A program made the translations under genes and the position numbers. Shown here piece after piece: positions 51,071 through 54,414 of a DNA stretch of 54,414 nucleotides (position 1 is its first letter; each line of letters starts with the position of its first letter). The DNA is from a bacterium. GTDB taxonomy: Bacteria > Patescibacteriota > CPR2 > UBA1875 > JAJYID01. The notes under the pieces are model-generated. The model was not told where the DNA came from. It made no database searches and saw only the letters and a list, made by a program, of their open reading frames with translations. The DNA lies in NCBI GenBank assembly GCA_021796415.1, contig JAJYJC010000003.1:1-54414 (forward strand), given 5' to 3'.

Positions 51071-53239
51071 ATGGATAAATTTGTCTTAAAACATGCGCAT
51101 AAGCCGACCGGCGACCAGCCTCAGGCGATAGAGAAGCTTGCGTCTGGCATAGAAAAGGGTCTCACGCGAGAGATTCTGCTTGGCGTGACCGGATCCGGCA
51201 AGACTTTCACGGCGGCAAATGTGATTCAAGAGATTAATAAGCCGACGCTGGTTATTTCCCATAACAAAACTTTGGCGGCACAACTGTATAGCGAATTCAA
51301 GGAATTCTTCCCCGACAACGCTGTCCGCTACTTTGTTTCATACTACGATTATTACCAGCCGGAGGCCTACATCCCGAGAACCGACACCTACATTGAGAAA
51401 GACGCAAAAATCAATGAAGAGATCGATCGCTTGAGAAATGCGGCCACGGCAGCCCTGCTGTCACGAAAAGACGTGTTAATAGTCGCCAGTGTCTCCTGCA
51501 TCTATGGCCTTGGCTCTCCGGAAGACTATTTCCAGATGAGAGTGGACTTTGAGGCCGGCAGGGCAAAGAACCAGGAAAAGGCCATGCGCCAGCTGCTCGA
51601 GGTACAGTACGAGCGAAATGACAAGACATTTGAACGGGGGAATTTCCGGGTGCGGGGCGATGTACTCGATATATTTCCGATTTACGAGGAAATAGGCTAT
51701 CGCATTCAATTTGATGGGAATGTTGTGGAAGCTATCCGAAGCATCAATCCGGTGACAGGCGAGCTCGGCAAAAAAATAGATAAATTGTCTGTCTTTCCGG
51801 CGCGCCACTTTGTCACGCCGAAGGAAAGGCTGCACTCTGCCATTCCGGAAATCAGGACAGAGCTGGCAGTAAGGCTTAAAGAGCTAAAAACGCAAGGGAA
51901 ATTGCTTGAAGCGCAAAGGCTCGAGCAAAGGACGAACTTCGACCTGGAAATGATTGAAGAAACGGGCTTTACCTCCGGCATTGAGAACTATTCCCGTTAT
52001 CTCTCCGGCAGGAAGGCGGGTGAGGCGCCGTCAACTTTGCTTGATTTCTTCCCGGACGATTATCTTCTTCTCATAGACGAATCGCACATGACTATTCCAC
52101 AGATTCGGGGGATGTATAACGGCGACCGGTCCCGAAAAGAAACCTTAGTTGAGCATGGTTTCAGGCTTCCCTCAGCGCTCGACAACCGTCCGCTTCACTT
52201 TTCGGAATTCAAGAAATTAATGGGCCAAACCGTATTTATCTCTGCCACCCCGGGACCCTATGAGTTTAAGGTTGCAAGTGAGGGCGAGATAGAGTCAGCT
52301 GATGAATATTATGAGGCGGTAAGAAATAATGATCAATTTCCAGTTTCCAATTTCCAATCAATTTCCAATGAGCAAAATTCAAACAAAAAAGGTCATTCTG
52401 GGGACGATAGGACTCCAGAATCGGATTTGGACAAGGATTCTGGCCAAGCCAGAATGACGGGAAGGGGTTTCCCTTGGATTGCCGAGCAGATCATTCGCCC
52501 GACCGGGTTGCTTGAGCCTCTTGTCGATGTCAGGCCGACCAAAAACCAGATAGACGACCTTATCCACGAGATTCGCCAAACGGTCAAGAAAAAGCAGCGG
52601 GTTTTGGTGACGACCCTGACCAAAAGAATGGCAGAAGACCTAAGCGAATATCTGAAAGAGTTGGGTATCAAGGTTACATATTTGCACTCCGAAATTAAAA
52701 CACTTGAGCGCCCGGAAATTTTGAGGGACCTTCGAAAGGGTGTTTATGATGTGGTAGTTGGAATCAATCTGCTCCGAGAAGGCTTGGACCTGCCGGAAGT
52801 GTCGCTGGTTGGCATTTTGGACGCAGATAAGGAAGGATTTTTGCGAAGCAACCAGTCGCTAATTCAGACGATGGGCCGGGCCGCCAGGCATCAAGAAGGC
52901 CGGGTCATAATGTACGCCGATAATATCACCGGGTCGATGAAGCAGGCGATAGGCGAGACACAGCGCAGGCGCAAGATTCAGGAAGAATACAACAAGAAAC
53001 ATGGCATCACGCCGAAAACCATTCAGAAAGCTATCCGAGATGACCTGGCACAAAAGGTGCCGGAAGAGAAGAAGATAGAAATCTCAGATATTCCAAAGGA
53101 TGAGGTAGAGAGAATTGTGCGGGACATGAGAAAACAAATGGAAATAGCTTCGAAGAATTTAGAATTTGAAACAGCCGCCAAACTGCGCGACCAGATTCGT
53201 GACATAAGGGCAAAACTGGAATCGAAAAAGATTAAATAG
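51071..53239 (+). CDS. uvrB: Excinuclease ABC subunit B with ~60-aa repeat-derived insert
   Basis: [64 protein letters not shown]. Confidence 0.98.
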   Translation: MDKFVLKHAHKPTGDQPQAIEKLASGIEKGLTREILLGVTGSGKTFTAANVIQEINKPTLVISHNKTLAAQLYSEFKEFFPDNAVRYFVSYYDYYQPEAYIPRTDTYIEKDAKINEEIDRLRNAATAALLSRKDVLIVASVSCIYGLGSPEDYFQMRVDFEAGRAKNQEKAMRQLLEVQYERNDKTFERGNFRVRGDVLDIFPIYEEIGYRIQFDGNVVEAIRSINPVTGELGKKIDKLSVFPARHFVTPKERLHSAIPEIRTELAVRLKELKTQGKLLEAQRLEQRTNFDLEMIEETGFTSGIENYSRYLSGRKAGEAPSTLLDFFPDDYLLLIDESHMTIPQIRGMYNGDRSRKETLVEHGFRLPSALDNRPLHFSEFKKLMGQTVFISATPGPYEFKVASEGEIESADEYYEAVRNNDQFPVSNFQSISNEQNSNKKGHSGDDRTPESDLDKDSGQARMTGRGFPWIAEQIIRPTGLLEPLVDVRPTKNQIDDLIHEIRQTVKKKQRVLVTTLTKRMAEDLSEYLKELGIKVTYLHSEIKTLERPEILRDLRKGVYDVVVGINLLREGLDLPEVSLVGILDADKEGFLRSNQSLIQTMGRAARHQEGRVIMYADNITGSMKQAIGETQRRRKIQEEYNKKHGITPKTIQKAIRDDLAQKVPEEKKIEISDIPKDEVERIVRDMRKQMEIASKNLEFETAAKLRDQIRDIRAKLESKKIK

Positions 53240-53332
53240 GTTATTGGGTCGTTGGGTTTATGGGTGAATTGGGCAAAAATAGTTTCATCGATCGGACTAC
53301 CTATTTAAAATCCCCCCCCCAAAGAAGCCGAC

Positions 53333-53358
53333 GGCCGGCCTCCCGAAGGAGGCCGGCC
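53333..53358. terminator. GC hairpin between convergent genes
   Basis: GGCCGGCCTCC-CGAA-GGAGGCCGGCC (C-TTCG-G tetraloop on the minus strand). Confidence 0.72.
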
Positions 53359-53377
53359 TACAAAAAAGGTGTTGGAA

Positions 53378-53689
53378 TCAGCCGTTAGGCTGGTGCTGCT
53401 GCCGGTAGCAGCATATCCGCTTGCCCTCGGCAGCGATTATAGCACTGCTGCCCTGACCGTACATCTTCTCCACTGCTCTGGAGAATTCCTCTCCGCAAAG
53501 CAGGTTAAAGTATGGCGCCTCGCAGTCAGGGTTGCTGGTCCCAGGGTCGTTCTCGATGACCAGTGTGCTGCTGTCGGGCAACTCGTAATCGCCCTCTTTG
53601 CCCTGGTTGTCGCGAATAACGCTCATCATTGCCTCAACGACAGTATTGGCATCGACGATGAGCCTATCCATGATCTCCGGTGGTTGCAC
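53378..53689 (-). CDS. Hypothetical protein, paralog 1
   Basis: GTG after AAGGAG; VVEAMMSVIR..GDYELPDSS. Confidence 0.7.
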   Translation of the reverse strand: MQPPEIMDRLIVDANTVVEAMMSVIRDNQGKEGDYELPDSSTLVIENDPGTSNPDCEAPYFNLLCGEEFSRAVEKMYGQGSSAIIAAEGKRICCYRQQHQPNG

Positions 53690-53710
53690 TGCTATCTCCT
53701 TTCCGGTTGA

Positions 53711-54001
53711 CTATTTCGGGAAGAACCGCGTACAGATAAGCCACCTCTCGCCGTTCCAGATGACGACAGGAATGCCCCTTTCCAGTGTGGCGGCTATATC
53801 GCCCTGATTCGTTCTGTTGATGATGTCGATCATATAGTATGACGACAGGTTTGCAGTAACTCTCAGGTCGTGCGGGTTGATAGAGATATGGCTGCCGTCG
53901 GGCAACTCTATATCCCCATCCAGATCACCATGTCGGATGGCGTCCAGCATGGCCTCGACCGCTTTTTCGAGAGACTCGACCTTAATTGCCTCCTTTTGCA
54001 T
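53711..54001 (-). CDS. Hypothetical protein, paralog 2
   Basis: ATG after GGGAG; AVEAMLDAIR..GDIELPDGS. Confidence 0.7.
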   Translation of the reverse strand: MQKEAIKVESLEKAVEAMLDAIRHGDLDGDIELPDGSHISINPHDLRVTANLSSYYMIDIINRTNQGDIAATLERGIPVVIWNGERWLICTRFFPK

Positions 54002-54050
54002 GTCCATCTCCCTTCCGGTTGTGGTTGGCGTGAACAAAGTTTGGACACAC

Positions 54051-54079
54051 ATTATAACCTTTAAGTCAATTTAAATCAA
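54051..54079 (-). promoter_or_regulatory. Sigma70 promoter for the paralog pair
   Basis: TTGATT-17 nt-TATAAT on the minus strand. Confidence 0.65.
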
Positions 54080-54103
54080 CATTTAGAGGCGAGCCAAAAA
54101 CTC

Positions 54104-54132
54104 TTGCCACATCTCGCAAAAATCTGTATAAT
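54104..54132 (+). promoter_or_regulatory. Sigma70 promoter of uvrA
   Basis: TTGCCA-17 nt-TATAAT with extended TG. Confidence 0.72.
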
Positions 54133-54164
54133 GGAGAGGTTTCAGCGGGATTCTTAGGAATAAT

Positions 54165-54332
54165 TTTTAATTTTCAGTTAATAATTTTCATTGAATTTTC
54201 AATGGCTTAATTTTTAAACATTGGAAATTGTGACTTGATTGAAAATTGGAAATTGAGAATTGAAAATTTTAAAGTTTGGATTCTGGACAAGCCAGAATGA
54301 CCCACGCACTATTAGCAAAGTGCGGGGCAGGC
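54165..54332. repeat. Heptamer inverted-arm element plus REP-like half element
   Basis: AATTTTCATTGAATTTTCAATG..TTGATTGAAAATTGGAAATTGAGAATTG; GATTCTGGACAAGCCAGAATGAC (54279-54301). Confidence 0.78.
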
Positions 54333-54346
54333 AAGGATGGGTAAAT

Positions 54347-54414
54347 ATGCAGGATAAAATCATCGTTCGCGGGGCTCGCGAACACAACTTAAAGAATATC
54401 GACGTCGAGATCCC
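54347..54414 (+). CDS. uvrA: Excinuclease ABC subunit A, N-terminal fragment (runs off the window)
   Basis: MQDKIIVRGAREHNLKNIDVEIP. Confidence 0.93.
   Translation, partial: MQDKIIVRGAREHNLKNIDVEI

Noticed and set aside
53312-53320. Poly-C tract as a phase-variation switch
   Set aside because: It lies in a convergent 3'-3' intergenic region, not in a CDS or promoter spacer.
53369-54064. Plus-strand ORFs 53369..53710, 53598..53807 and 53870..54064
   Set aside because: Antisense to two mutually similar minus-strand genes with SD sites and a promoter.
1-54414. CRISPR array
   Set aside because: Repeats are dispersed, variable and palindromic or periodic, with no constant repeat-unique spacer series and no cas gene.

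Overview
Housekeeping-rich, almost entirely + strand region of a small-genome bacterium. Gene content (truncated AlaRS, short SMC, FtsA-like gene without ftsZ, G5/Rpf-like protein, PsbP-like and acidic orphans, rpsP-khpA-trmD without rimM) suggests Patescibacteria/CPR; this is inference. Recognisable genes: rsmA, acyP, rsmI, metG, tatD, iscS/iscU/trxA/mnmA, alaS, ruvX, mltG, obgE, glmS, prmC, leuS, yceD-rpmF-nusB-rnc-smc, rpsP-khpA-trmD, uvrB and the start of uvrA, plus tRNA-Ala(CGC) and tRNA-Ala(GGC). No transposase, integrase, CRISPR array or rRNA is visible. Two things stand out. (1) At 31971-32152 a complete tRNA-Ala(CGC) gene sits inside the anticodon arm of a second tRNA-Ala-like frame whose acceptor stem (G3:U70), D arm, T arm and CCA are all intact, with a perfect 14-bp inverted repeat joining the two outer halves. 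(2) The window is saturated with several families of short palindromic or periodic repeats (GTCAT..ATGAC REP-like elements, a 20-bp CCTGCCTGCCGGCAGGCAGG module, GGGTCAGACCC and CCCACACC-N-GGTGTGGG palindromes, and 7/8/10/11-nt-period arrays). These lie between genes and also in frame inside at least nine core genes (rsmI, iscS, mnmA, alaS, obgE, prmC four times, leuS, smc, uvrB). All gene calls come from motif recognition by eye; no database search was run.
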